64,000 nt of DNA from an uncultured Gammaproteobacteria bacterium (GTDB lineage: Bacteria; Patescibacteriota; Microgenomatia; Woykebacterales; RBG-16-39-9b), in assembly GCA_965231125.1 (NCBI GenBank), contig OZ246414.1:281512-345511 (forward strand). Direction: 5' to 3'. Positions 18,750-28,912 of the stretch are shown piece by piece. Both the position numbers and the translations under genes were made by a program. Every line of letters begins with the position of its first letter. Position 1 is the stretch's first letter. The notes beneath the pieces were generated by a model, which was not told where the DNA came from, did not search any database, and worked only from the letters and a program-made list of their open reading frames with translations.

Positions 18750-18968
18750 TTAAACTTTTGCCGCTTGACGATGCTTTATAAAAGCATTCACTGGGTTGCA
18801 GCTTAGAAGTCGGGCCGTTATTAATAGTAAAGCTTTGGGCAGAGGTTTTTGTTCCAAAGTCTCAACTGCGTATTGAGAACAGGTGGGAACATACAAACAT
18901 TGAGCACCCAATAAAGGCGAAATTGCTGCTTGATAGACTTTTATAAAATTTATAATAAATTTTTTCAC
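18750..18968 (-). CDS. yidD: Membrane protein insertion efficiency factor
   Basis: YQ..ISP....C.Y.PTCS.YA...R...CNP. Confidence 0.85.
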   Translation of the reverse strand: MKKFIINFIKVYQAAISPLLGAQCLYVPTCSQYAVETLEQKPLPKALLLITARLLSCNPVNAFIKHRQAAKV

Positions 18969-19114
18969 GAGCCTATTTTACCATAAGAATCTTGCGTCGC
19001 TAGTTACTCTTCTTGCAATTTATTGTATAATTAAACTAATGCCCAAAACCACTGCTTCCAAATTCCCACTATCGATATATCGCATAATTTCATTCCCGAG
19101 AGGGGGTGGAAATT

Positions 19115-19801
19115 ATGGGAGGTATTAACCAAAAACTTCTTACAGTCCTTGTAGCAGTTATTGTTATTGCCTTGTCTTTTGGTGTTGGCTACTACTTAAA
19201 CACCCAAAACGCCAGCCAAACAAGTACAACTACAAACTCAGCGACACCCACTACAGCAAAGGTCTTATCAGCATTTGATAACGACCATGATGGAATTCCA
19301 GATTCTGTCGATAAAGATGATGACAACGACGGTACCCCTGATGTAAGCGATGTAAAGTCGAAGGATCATGATAATGACGGAATAATCGATGCTCAAGATA
19401 ACGATGATGATGATGACGGAGACGAGGATAACCAAGATGAAGCTTTAGACGACCACGACAATGACGGGCTACCTGATAATGTTGATATAGACGACGACAA
19501 TGATGGGATTGTCGACACCGCCGACACTCACGAGGATGATCATGACAATGACGGGATAGATGATAAAGACGACCCGGATGATGACAACGACAAAATAATG
19601 GATAACGTCGACAAGCACCTAGACGACCACGATAACGATAGCATTGCAGACAACAAGGATACTGACGACGGTGAAGCCAAAGAAGCTCCAAAGTTTGAGG
19701 GCGATTCAGACCACGATGGGGTTTCAAACGAACAAGATCAAGACAGCGGTAACGATGGTGAGACCGAAACAGAAAATAATGTAGAAAGTGGTGGTAGGTG
19801 A
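19115..19801 (+). CDS. Membrane-anchored acidic repeat protein (DHDNDG, thrombospondin type-3-like Ca-binding repeats)
   Basis: N-terminal TM, about 10 D-x-D-N-D-G repeats. Confidence 0.8.
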   Translation: MGGINQKLLTVLVAVIVIALSFGVGYYLNTQNASQTSTTTNSATPTTAKVLSAFDNDHDGIPDSVDKDDDNDGTPDVSDVKSKDHDNDGIIDAQDNDDDDDGDEDNQDEALDDHDNDGLPDNVDIDDDNDGIVDTADTHEDDHDNDGIDDKDDPDDDNDKIMDNVDKHLDDHDNDSIADNKDTDDGEAKEAPKFEGDSDHDGVSNEQDQDSGNDGETETENNVESGGR

Positions 19802-19883
19802 TAAAGAAAGCTCCGGTAGCAGCGATACTAGCTCCGGTGGTGAGAAAGATTCCGAAACCGATACCGGTCAGTGAGTTGTTGAT

Positions 19884-20219
19884 GTGAAAATATTTAATGT
19901 CACGAAAGACAAATTAATCGCGGGTGGTGCCGAGGAGGCTAATAATATTGTCCAGAAATCCATTGGATTAATCGGCGCCGCCAAGGCGAAACCGCTAATT
20001 CTGCAGGCTCAGTTTGGAATTCACACTTTCGGCATGAGGTTTCCGATTGATGTTTTGGTGATTGATAAGGAACACAAAGTGGCGGCTCTAAAGGAGAGTT
20101 TAGCTCCCTTTAGATTTTTTGTTTGGAACCCGAAGTACAGTCTGATAATCGAGCTTCCCGCCGGCACGATTGGCAAAACAAAAACTTCAATTGGTGATAC
20201 GATCTCCCTAAAAGATTAA
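19884..20219 (+). CDS. DUF192 family protein
   Basis: IHTFGMRFPIDV, IELPAG. Confidence 0.85.
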   Translation: MKIFNVTKDKLIAGGAEEANNIVQKSIGLIGAAKAKPLILQAQFGIHTFGMRFPIDVLVIDKEHKVAALKESLAPFRFFVWNPKYSLIIELPAGTIGKTKTSIGDTISLKD

Positions 20220-20311
20220 CTACGAGGTTCGGATTATCCTTCCAAATACTTTTTGATTTCTCCCAAATAATAACGGTTCCAGATAATTGGACTGTGTTAG
20301 AATTTTAAGGT

Positions 20312-21964
20312 ATGGAAAAACGGTGGCAGCTTTATCCAAAGGTAGGTGCAGATTTAAAAACCCAGATTCTTGCAAATCGAGGAGTCACAAGTGCGTCTCA
20401 AACGCAAAAATTTCTTAACCCTTTTCTTAGTGAGCTTCCTGAAGTCGGCAAGGAATTCCCTCAAATAGGTAAAGCGGTTGAAAGGGTCCAAAAAGCGATC
20501 CGCGAAAAGGAATTAATTTACATTTATGGAGATTTTGATGTGGATGGGGTTACCGGTACGGCAATTGTCTGGGAAACTTTAGATTTTCTGGGGGCGAAAG
20601 TGCTGCCGTACATACCTCATCGCGAGCTTGAAGGTTACGGGCTTCACAGCAGGGCTTTAGAGAAGCTTGCTAAGGAAGGGGCGAAAGTTGTTATTAGCGT
20701 TGATTGTGGCATAACCGCCGTGGATCAAGCCAAGCAGGCGAAAAAGCTAGGAATAGACCTGATTATCACAGATCATCACGAGCCTTTAGAGACTCTTCCG
20801 GCTCCATTTGCTCTTTTGCACACGAAAGCACTCTCCGGAAGTGGCATTGCCTTTCGGTTTGCGCAGGCGCTTCTTGATTCGGCTAATAAAAGCGGGGACG
20901 AGCAGTTTTTTAAAAATTTGGAGCTTGCCACCGTCGGTACAGTAGCGGATATGGTTCCGTTAACTTCGGAAAATAGAATAATTGTTAAAAACGGCTTACC
21001 GCTTCTCGCAAAAACGGGCAGGCTAGGATTGCGATCTCTATACGAACAGGCTTCTTTAAATAGAAATATTGGCACTAGCGAGATCGGTTTTATCATTGCT
21101 CCAAGACTAAACGCCATGGGTCGAATGGAGCACGCCTTGGATTCGCTCCGACTTCTTTTGACAAGGAGGCGAGAGCGGGCTAGAAATCTAGCTATCAAGC
21201 TATCGAGCATAAATCAGGAAAGGCAAAAAGCAACTAGCGAGGCAGTCGCCCACGCCAAAGAGGCAGTCAAGAAAGAGTTTAACGGCGCAAAAATGTTAGT
21301 TGTGGGGGATGCGAGCTACCCTCAAGGGGTGGTTGGTTTAGTAGCCGGCAAGTTAGTCGAGGAGTTCTACCGGCCGGCCGCGGTTATCAGTATTAATGAC
21401 GATTTAAGCAGGGGAAGTGCTAGATCTATCTCCGGTTTTCATGTCACGAATGCGTTAAGCGGTGCAAAAGGGTTCTTAGAAAATTACGGCGGCCACCCCA
21501 TGGCGGCGGGTTTTTCAATCCAAAGACAAAATATCGATAAATTTAGGGAGCATATGGTGCGCCATGCCGAAGAATCCTTAACGGATAAGGATCTAAAACC
21601 GATTCTTAAGATCGACCTTCAGATTGACGCTGGCCAAATTAACCACGAGACTTTATCAGTAGTAAAAGACTTTGAGCCTTTTGGAATTGGTAACCCGGAG
21701 CCGGCGTTTGTTACCAAAGATATGAGAGTTTTGGAATCTCGCGCGGTTGGCGCAGGCGGAAAACACTTAAAAATGATTTTGGCCGGGCCCGACCAACAAA
21801 CGTACGACGCGATTTGTTTTTCTTTTCAAAGAGAAATTCCAGGCAAAGGTGACTCCATCGACGTAGTCTACAATCTTTCCGAAGACACTTGGCAAGGGAG
21901 AAAAAGGGTTCAATTGAAAGTGAAAGATTTTAAAAAAAGTGATGATAAAAAAGTAGAAGGCTGA
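20312..21964 (+). CDS. recJ: ssDNA exonuclease RecJ
   Basis: GDFDVDG, TDHH, GTVADMVPL, PRLNA.GR, GSARS, GGH..AAG, EPFG.GNP. Confidence 0.97.
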   Translation: MEKRWQLYPKVGADLKTQILANRGVTSASQTQKFLNPFLSELPEVGKEFPQIGKAVERVQKAIREKELIYIYGDFDVDGVTGTAIVWETLDFLGAKVLPYIPHRELEGYGLHSRALEKLAKEGAKVVISVDCGITAVDQAKQAKKLGIDLIITDHHEPLETLPAPFALLHTKALSGSGIAFRFAQALLDSANKSGDEQFFKNLELATVGTVADMVPLTSENRIIVKNGLPLLAKTGRLGLRSLYEQASLNRNIGTSEIGFIIAPRLNAMGRMEHALDSLRLLLTRRRERARNLAIKLSSINQERQKATSEAVAHAKEAVKKEFNGAKMLVVGDASYPQGVVGLVAGKLVEEFYRPAAVISINDDLSRGSARSISGFHVTNALSGAKGFLENYGGHPMAAGFSIQRQNIDKFREHMVRHAEESLTDKDLKPILKIDLQIDAGQINHETLSVVKDFEPFGIGNPEPAFVTKDMRVLESRAVGAGGKHLKMILAGPDQQTYDAICFSFQREIPGKGDSIDVVYNLSEDTWQGRKRVQLKVKDFKKSDDKKVEG

Positions 21965-21970
21965 GCAAGT

Positions 21971-22315
21971 TTACCCAGCCTTCCGAACGACACGATAGAC
22001 AGCTTCAAAAAGTGGCCAATTCTGCCAAATCACGAACGTTCCAATGAGGCAGATTAAAGCAAGTTCAACCAGTTGGTTAACATCAGCAAGGTTGACGGCA
22101 CCAACAAGGCTTATCAAACTAAGACAAACGATGCCAATTAGCGTTAGTAGATTTTCAGAAGCATAGTCTCTCAGCGCAGTTGGGATCCGTTCTTCCCTAT
22201 CGCAAAAAGTTGCTACCACTACCAAAGCCACATCGATTACTAGTACCAGCACGATAAACGATGCAAGGGCCGCGTTTAATGGACTTAGTGGGCTCAATTT
22301 TATCGCTCCTTCCAT
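21971..22315 (-). CDS. Hypothetical membrane protein
   Basis: 3 TM segments; RBS-like GAGGAG upstream. Confidence 0.6.
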   Translation of the reverse strand: MEGAIKLSPLSPLNAALASFIVLVLVIDVALVVVATFCDREERIPTALRDYASENLLTLIGIVCLSLISLVGAVNLADVNQLVELALICLIGTFVIWQNWPLFEAVYRVVRKAG

Positions 22316-22402
22316 CTGATTGGTTGGCTCCTCTTCCTAGTTTGCATTATAGCACTCAGGGATAGGTAGACAAGAGAGTGGGTTTTGTATAGAATAACTC
22401 GC

Positions 22403-23782
22403 ATGAAAAGAAATTTGGTTGCCGAAGTTTCAGATAAAATCGGGTCCGAAGTCGATCTTTATGGTTTTGTTGATACGCGGCGAGATCACGGCAAGATAAT
22501 CTTTCTGGATCTGCGCGACGCCTCTGGACTGGTTCAAGTGGTGGCCACGCCGAAAAACGAAGAAGCTTACAAAGTCGCCAATAACTTGTCCTCGGAAGAT
22601 GTTATCCATGTGACTGGAAAGGTCAATGAACGACCAAAAGAAAACGTCAACCCGGATCTTGAAACTGGAAAAGTAGAAGTTCTCGCAGAAAAAATTGAAA
22701 TCGTATCAAAAGCAAAAGAACTACCAATACCGATTGATGGTGAGGGTTACGATATCGATGAGCCAGTCCGTTTCAAGTACCGCTATTTGGATCTGCGTCG
22801 ACCCCGCCTGCAAGAAAATCTTAAACTGCGCCATAAAATAACAAAACTTGTCCGTGAATTTTTAGATAAAGAAAGTTTTGTCGAAATCGAAACCCCGTAT
22901 CTTTCAAAAACCACTCCAGAAGGAGCCCGCGATTTTCTGGTACCATCCCGGCTGCAAAAAGGAAAATTTTACGCTCTCGCACAATCCCCCCAGCAGTATA
23001 AACAACTTCTTATGATATCCGGATTCGAGCGTTACTACCAAATTGCCCGGGCCTTTCGCGATGAGGATTTGCGAGCCGACCGGCAATTTGAACACACCCA
23101 AATTGATATTGAGCAGGCATTCGTTGAACGTGAAGACATTATGGGTTTGGTTGAAGAAATGATAGTTCAGGTTTTCGAAAAAATTGGTAAAAAAATTGTC
23201 AAAAAACCTTTCCCAGTCTTGTCCTTTAAAGAAGCCCAAGAAAAGCACAGTTCCGATCGTCCGAATCTTTCCAAAGGAAAAGACGAACTTCATTTTCTCT
23301 GGGTAGTGGATTTCCCACTTTTTGAAAAAAGAGATGATGGTGGCTATACTTTTGCTCACAACCCTTTCGCCTCGCCAAAGCCAGAAGACAGGGAAAATTT
23401 AATGCAGAAAAAGAATTTAGAGGCTCTTACATCTTTGCAATACGATCTTGTTTGTAACGGTGAAGAAATTGGTGGTGGGAGTATTCGTATTTCCGATCCA
23501 GAAATCCAAAGGCAAGTATTCCGCGTGATGGGGTACACGGATACGCAGATTGAGGCGCAGTTTGGCCATTTACTTGCCGCCTATGAATATGGTGCCCCAA
23601 CTCACGGTGGAATTGCTCTTGGCTTAGATAGAGTAGTGGCTATAGCCGCTGGCGAAGAAAATATCCGCGAAGTAATTGCTTTTCCGGTTACTTCGGGCGG
23701 ACAGACATCAGTTATGGAGGCGCCAAGCCCGGCCGACGACAAAGACCTAAGGCAGGTTGGGATAAAGTTGGTTAAAGACTAA
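22403..23782 (+). CDS. aspS: Aspartate-tRNA ligase (short form without GAD insertion)
   Basis: RRDHG, TPEGARDFLVP, LAQSPQQYKQLL, FRDEDLRADR, HGGIALGLDR. Confidence 0.95.
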   Translation: MKRNLVAEVSDKIGSEVDLYGFVDTRRDHGKIIFLDLRDASGLVQVVATPKNEEAYKVANNLSSEDVIHVTGKVNERPKENVNPDLETGKVEVLAEKIEIVSKAKELPIPIDGEGYDIDEPVRFKYRYLDLRRPRLQENLKLRHKITKLVREFLDKESFVEIETPYLSKTTPEGARDFLVPSRLQKGKFYALAQSPQQYKQLLMISGFERYYQIARAFRDEDLRADRQFEHTQIDIEQAFVEREDIMGLVEEMIVQVFEKIGKKIVKKPFPVLSFKEAQEKHSSDRPNLSKGKDELHFLWVVDFPLFEKRDDGGYTFAHNPFASPKPEDRENLMQKKNLEALTSLQYDLVCNGEEIGGGSIRISDPEIQRQVFRVMGYTDTQIEAQFGHLLAAYEYGAPTHGGIALGLDRVVAIAAGEENIREVIAFPVTSGGQTSVMEAPSPADDKDLRQVGIKLVKD

Positions 23783-23792
23783 CCTCGAGAGT

Positions 23793-24878
23793 CTATCTCG
23801 AATAATCACTCGAAACTGCCGGCAAATAGGCAATGAATGGGTAAAGATTGTTTTTATATTTTCCTGAGCCGGTGAAAACATAAACCGGCTGTAAGAATGC
23901 CTGGTAATTTCTTGTTTCGTAGTAACCCAAATACATATCTCCCAAAAATATTTGACTGTAGGATTTTCGGGCCCCTTTTACAAATGAGGCTTTTCCTTGT
24001 TGAAAATCTTGCCAGGCGCTCGCCCCGTCTTTTATTGGGTACGGGGAAGATTCATTGTAATTGATCGGCCAGTAATTAAATTCTGCCTCAACGACCCCGT
24101 CTTCGATACCAAGATTTGTTCCTAGAACAACTCGAATTAATGAGGAACTCGGGTTTACCTGGACAAATGGGTATTTATTGCTGATGCTTTGTCGATAAAA
24201 AAGTATTTCGACTAAGCTCGCTTCAGAAAAGCTAGTTACGCGAGAACGCTTTTTGGTTTTTAAGCTCAGCTTGTAGAAGTTCAAGCTAGTTGGCCCGGAT
24301 TGCAAATCATCTAGATACGAGCCGGATTTTTTCAAAAACCGGATCCCTTCTTGGACGGCGTCGCCGGAAGTGTCGAATTGAAAGATACCCTTAAGAATTC
24401 TATGATCTTTGAGAGGATCAAATTTATAAAGGAAGCTTCCGGTTACAATATTCATTTGAAAAGATTTCGCTTTAAAGTTCGAATCTTTCCAAGAGTAACT
24501 TATGTCAGAAATTCTTTTGGGTACAGAATCAAATCCAAGGCTGTGCGCTTTTTTGTTTGCTTCATCCAGTGAGGATAAGGTTCCAGTTGGGATTGGTACG
24601 GGGTACACGGGCATAGTTTTTGGAGTGGCGGGGAATGTTCCTTCCGGAAGCGCGAAATTAAATGAAGTGTTAGTCAGGCCAGCCTTAGCAAGTGGCAAGG
24701 GTGGAGCGGAAAGTTTTCCGTAGTAGGCTACGGGATGGGCATTTTTGGATTCAAAGACAAGCCGGTAGAGACCCTTAAGACCAATCCAGGCAACCCAAAG
24801 AGCCGCGAGAAAAAGAACAAAAACGGTGGCGGCAGTAAGTATCTTACGAATTTGGGCAGACAGATCGTAAAGACCCAT
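23793..24878 (-). CDS. Hypothetical membrane-anchored protein
   Basis: Long ORF, N-terminal TM, C-terminal LQPVYVF.G. Confidence 0.75.
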   Translation of the reverse strand: MGLYDLSAQIRKILTAATVFVLFLAALWVAWIGLKGLYRLVFESKNAHPVAYYGKLSAPPLPLAKAGLTNTSFNFALPEGTFPATPKTMPVYPVPIPTGTLSSLDEANKKAHSLGFDSVPKRISDISYSWKDSNFKAKSFQMNIVTGSFLYKFDPLKDHRILKGIFQFDTSGDAVQEGIRFLKKSGSYLDDLQSGPTSLNFYKLSLKTKKRSRVTSFSEASLVEILFYRQSISNKYPFVQVNPSSSLIRVVLGTNLGIEDGVVEAEFNYWPINYNESSPYPIKDGASAWQDFQQGKASFVKGARKSYSQIFLGDMYLGYYETRNYQAFLQPVYVFTGSGKYKNNLYPFIAYLPAVSSDYSR

Positions 24879-24934
24879 TAATGTGAGTATATCCTTCTCT
24901 TATGGTATAATTCAAGGCTTAGGAGGACAAAAAG

Positions 24935-26347
24935 TTGAGCATTAGAGTGCGCATTGCACCCTCACCTACCGGTGAGCCACATATCGGAACAGCTTACACA
25001 GCTTTATTTAATTTCGCTTTTACCCATTCCCAAAAAGGAAAATTTATTCTTCGAATTGAAGATACCGATCGCAGTCGCTTCGTCGAGGAGGCAGAAAAAA
25101 ACATTACTGACTCTTTAAAATGGCTTGGTCTCCCTTGGGATGAAGGTCCTGATGTTGGCGGGCCCTTTGGCCCATACCATCAGTCCGAGAGACTGTCAAT
25201 TTATAAAAAGTATGCGGGAGAGTTGGTGGAAAAAAGAAAAGCCTACTACTGCGATTGTAGTTCAGAAAGGTTAAGGCAGCTTCGTGAGACGCAGCAAAGG
25301 GAGGGTAAAGTACCCTCATATGACAGAAAATGTCGTGATAGAAATCTTTCGGAAAGCGCAGACACCGTCATTCGTCTGTCCGTTCCTTTAGAGGGAGAAA
25401 CAGCTGTCTCCGATCTTGTTCGGGGCGAAATTATATTTCAAAACAAAGACATTGAAGACCCAATAATTTTTAAATCGGATGGCTACCCTACCTACCACCT
25501 AGCGTCCGTTGTCGACGATCATCTGATGGAAATTAGTCATGTCATTAGGGCGGAAGAATGGCTTTCGAGTACGCCTAAACACGTTATTTTGTATGATGCC
25601 TTTGATTGGACGCCGCCAAAGTTTGTCCATTTACCACTGCTGCGTAACCCAGACAGGAGCAAAATTAGCAAAAGGAAAAACCCAGTTTCTTTAGTTTGGT
25701 ACAGGGAGGAAGGTTACTTACCGGCCGCTTTACTAAATTATCTGGCAACAATGGGTTGGTCTATGCCGGGCGATAAAGAGATTTTTGGCCTGGAGGATTT
25801 TATCAAAAACTTTAGTTTTGATAGGATCGATCCAGCCGGTCCTATCTTTGACATTCAAAAGCTTTCTTGGCTAAACGGAGAATATATCAGAAAGACCGAA
25901 AGTAGCAGTCTTGTTGAATTGCTTAAGGACTATACGAGCCGGTCAGAGGAAGAAATAAAGAAAGTCCTACCGCTTGTTAAAGAAAGAATGCGAAAACTTT
26001 CAGAGTTTGACGCTCTCATTGGATTTATATTTGCCAGTGAGGTAAAGGCTGACTTCTCCACCGTTGTGGAAAAATATGAAGATAGTCTTAAAGCAGAGGC
26101 TTTACGAAAAGCACTGCCCCACCTTGAGGACTTAAGTGAGTGGAGAGCTGTCGAGATTGAAAAAATGATTGAGGCAGCTCGGGCCGAACTGCCTTGGAGT
26201 AAAGGAGATTTCTATATGCTGGTTAGAGTGGCTGTTTGTGGATCGAGCGCGACCCCACCACTTTTCGAAACAATGCAGGCAGTTGGAAAAGAGAAAACCG
26301 TCGGTAGGCTCAATCAAGCTTACAAGAACCTTTCCAAGAGTAGCTAG
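24935..26347 (+). CDS. gltX: Glutamate-tRNA ligase
   Basis: RIAPSPTGEPHIG, LRIEDTD, KISKR. Confidence 0.97.
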   Translation: MSIRVRIAPSPTGEPHIGTAYTALFNFAFTHSQKGKFILRIEDTDRSRFVEEAEKNITDSLKWLGLPWDEGPDVGGPFGPYHQSERLSIYKKYAGELVEKRKAYYCDCSSERLRQLRETQQREGKVPSYDRKCRDRNLSESADTVIRLSVPLEGETAVSDLVRGEIIFQNKDIEDPIIFKSDGYPTYHLASVVDDHLMEISHVIRAEEWLSSTPKHVILYDAFDWTPPKFVHLPLLRNPDRSKISKRKNPVSLVWYREEGYLPAALLNYLATMGWSMPGDKEIFGLEDFIKNFSFDRIDPAGPIFDIQKLSWLNGEYIRKTESSSLVELLKDYTSRSEEEIKKVLPLVKERMRKLSEFDALIGFIFASEVKADFSTVVEKYEDSLKAEALRKALPHLEDLSEWRAVEIEKMIEAARAELPWSKGDFYMLVRVAVCGSSATPPLFETMQAVGKEKTVGRLNQAYKNLSKSS

Positions 26348-26365
26348 TTTTGCTACCATTAGATT

Positions 26366-27661
26366 ATGATCTCGCCTGCCGAAACTATTCGTGGTAGTTT
26401 AGAGCACGAAGCTCTTTCCGAAAAATCCAGATTTACTCGCTTTGAACATCTTTCCGAACTCTTTACCTACATTCTTGCAGCTACCGCTGTGTTTCTCTCA
26501 CTTTTGCCGACTCAAACCCCCTACCACCGGTTGTTAACCTACGTTTTCGCGGGGCTTGTCGCCGCCTTCTCGCTAGCTTGGTTTAGGGTTTTGCCAAAAA
26601 AATACTCCGGAAAAACTAAGAACGTTGTTTATTATTTCCTAAATACACTTTTTGTTGGGGTTTTAGTTTACCTAAACCAGGGGGTTCAAAGCCCAGCCAC
26701 ATTTCTTTTTTATTTAATTTGTATAGCCGCTGCCTCTAGTCTAAGTGTAAAAGAGGCAGGTCTTTTAACGGGATTTTCGGATCTGATTATATTAACCGAG
26801 GCGATGTTTATCAGAGCCGGTATTCCACTCGAGAAAAGTTTGGGGTTGGGGTTTCTCCATATCTGGGCGCTTACCGCGACAGCGATATATGCTTGGTTTG
26901 TGTTTAAGGAAGAAAAAAAATCTAGAGAGGCTCACAAGGTAGATCACTTAGGAAGAATAAAAGAATTTGAAAAAATTAAAGATGAGTTTGTGTTTATTAT
27001 TTCCACAAAACTTGCCGCACCGGTAATAACTCTTAAAGATTACATAGGTTTGGCCCTATCTAAAAAGCTTGGACCTGTGTCTGAGGATCAGAAAGATATT
27101 TTAACCAAAACAGAAGAGAATATCAGTCGGCTACATCTTCTTGTTGAAGATCTTTTGGATCTCTCCAAAATTGAAACTGGAAAGTTAAGTCTTAATCTGT
27201 CTGAAGTAGATGTTGGGCAGGTGGTTGGTGCCACCCTTTCCGATTTCACTGTTCAGGCAACCGACAAAAAAATATCGCTATCGTTTGACGGTCCGGAGGA
27301 AAAAGTGTTGGTTAAAGGCGATACTTCAAGAATCCACGAAGTCGTCGCCAATCTTGTGGATAATTCTATTAAATATTCACCACCAGGTTCTAAAGTTGAG
27401 GTAAGGTTTTCAAGACAAGACGGTTTCGTTCAAGTTGACGTTTCGAATAATGGTCCTAGCATACCGGAAGTGGATAAAAAATACATTTTTCAAAAATTTT
27501 ATCGGGGCGCTGCTGTAAAAAAGGGCATAAAAGGCTCGGGTCTGGGTCTTTTTATCTGCAAGGAATTGATAGAAAGGCAAGGGGGCACTATGTGGTTTGA
27601 TTCCAGAGCTGGTGTAGGAACAACTTTTAGCTTCAAACTTCCCGAGGTGGTAAATGAATAA
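26366..27661 (+). CDS. Membrane histidine-kinase-like protein lacking the phospho-acceptor His
   Basis: H-box reads ISTKLAAP; N, F and G2 (GSGLGL) boxes intact. Confidence 0.85.
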   Translation: MISPAETIRGSLEHEALSEKSRFTRFEHLSELFTYILAATAVFLSLLPTQTPYHRLLTYVFAGLVAAFSLAWFRVLPKKYSGKTKNVVYYFLNTLFVGVLVYLNQGVQSPATFLFYLICIAAASSLSVKEAGLLTGFSDLIILTEAMFIRAGIPLEKSLGLGFLHIWALTATAIYAWFVFKEEKKSREAHKVDHLGRIKEFEKIKDEFVFIISTKLAAPVITLKDYIGLALSKKLGPVSEDQKDILTKTEENISRLHLLVEDLLDLSKIETGKLSLNLSEVDVGQVVGATLSDFTVQATDKKISLSFDGPEEKVLVKGDTSRIHEVVANLVDNSIKYSPPGSKVEVRFSRQDGFVQVDVSNNGPSIPEVDKKYIFQKFYRGAAVKKGIKGSGLGLFICKELIERQGGTMWFDSRAGVGTTFSFKLPEVVNE

Positions 27662-28910
27662 TACTTATACAGCTGCCGAAAAATACGCCCGCCTGGAAAA
27701 AATAAATGAAATTTTTACTTATTTTATAATCGCCAGTGGCTTAATAATAATTCAGCTGCCGTTGCCGTTTGCGATAGACAAGAAGGTCATCTATTTTCTA
27801 TCAGTATCCGTTATCATTTTTAGTTTGGTTTGGCATAGAGTCCTGCCGAAAAAATATTCTGGCCTAAGGAAAAATTTTATCGAATCGATCGTTGATATTT
27901 CAGGAGTATTTTTGGTGACGCATTTCACTGGTGGGGTACACAGTTATTTTAACTTTCTCTATTTTCTTCCAATTCTATCCACCACGATTTACATGCCGCT
28001 TTCGCAGGTAATTACCGTCACATCGCTTTCCAGTGTTTTGATTTTAACTCAAGCTGCCTTTTCTTTCGGGCAAGAGGCGTTTGTGACCAATATTATTATC
28101 GCTACTACGCAGATATGGACGCTCTGGATAATATACGGGTACGGGAAATTCTTAACAGGAGAGATAACCGCCGCGAAAAGTCTGGAGGAAGATATAAAGC
28201 TGGAGGAAATCCGTCAGGTTGACAGATTAAAGGACGAATTTATTTTCATCGTTTCTCATGAGCTACGTAATCCAATAACGGCTATCCGGGGGTACTTAGA
28301 GATTTTGATCACCGGCGGCGCAGGTAAAATAGAAGCCAGATTAAAAGCTCTTTTAGAAAAAGCCTTTGTTGCTAGTAACAAGTTAGCAATATTGGTTAGC
28401 TTGCTTCTTGAGGTGGGCCGACTTGACACTGGTAAAATCCACTTTTTTATTCAGAAAGTTTCGGTTAAAGAAATTCTAGATAGAGTTTTATTTAACGAAA
28501 CTATTGAAGTTAGAAACAAAAATTTAGAAATTAAGATTAGCCTGGAAAAGGATTTGTCAGTGCGCTTTGATGCTGAAAGACTGGAGGAGATTTTAAGTAT
28601 TTTGGTGGGAAATGCTATTGCCTTCACTCCTGAGTTTGGAACAGTTGAGATAAAGGGCAAAAAGCTTGGTGAAAAGGTTGAAATAGCCGTTGTCGATAGT
28701 GGGGCTGGAATGTCGGAGGAAAAGAGAAAGAGGCTTTTTGAAGAGTTTTACACTGAAGATGCGGCTAGTGAAAAATCTATAAAAGGGACTAATGTTAGAA
28801 TGTACGTGATTAGAGAGATTTTAAAACGTATGCATGGAGATGTAAAAGCCGAAAGTAAGGTAGGCAAAGGCACAACTCTAACTATTACACTCCCCTCAGA
28901 TCAAACCTAA
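27654..28910 (+). CDS. Membrane histidine kinase with intact H-box and degenerate G2 box
   Basis: SHELRNP present; G2 region reads GTNVRMY. Confidence 0.85.
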   Translation: MNNTYTAAEKYARLEKINEIFTYFIIASGLIIIQLPLPFAIDKKVIYFLSVSVIIFSLVWHRVLPKKYSGLRKNFIESIVDISGVFLVTHFTGGVHSYFNFLYFLPILSTTIYMPLSQVITVTSLSSVLILTQAAFSFGQEAFVTNIIIATTQIWTLWIIYGYGKFLTGEITAAKSLEEDIKLEEIRQVDRLKDEFIFIVSHELRNPITAIRGYLEILITGGAGKIEARLKALLEKAFVASNKLAILVSLLLEVGRLDTGKIHFFIQKVSVKEILDRVLFNETIEVRNKNLEIKISLEKDLSVRFDAERLEEILSILVGNAIAFTPEFGTVEIKGKKLGEKVEIAVVDSGAGMSEEKRKRLFEEFYTEDAASEKSIKGTNVRMYVIREILKRMHGDVKAESKVGKGTTLTITLPSDQT

Positions 28911-28912
28911 TT

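Noticed and set aside
19251-19727. His/Arg/Cys-rich 158-aa minus-strand ORF
   Set aside because: Shadow of the Asp-rich repeat gene on the opposite strand
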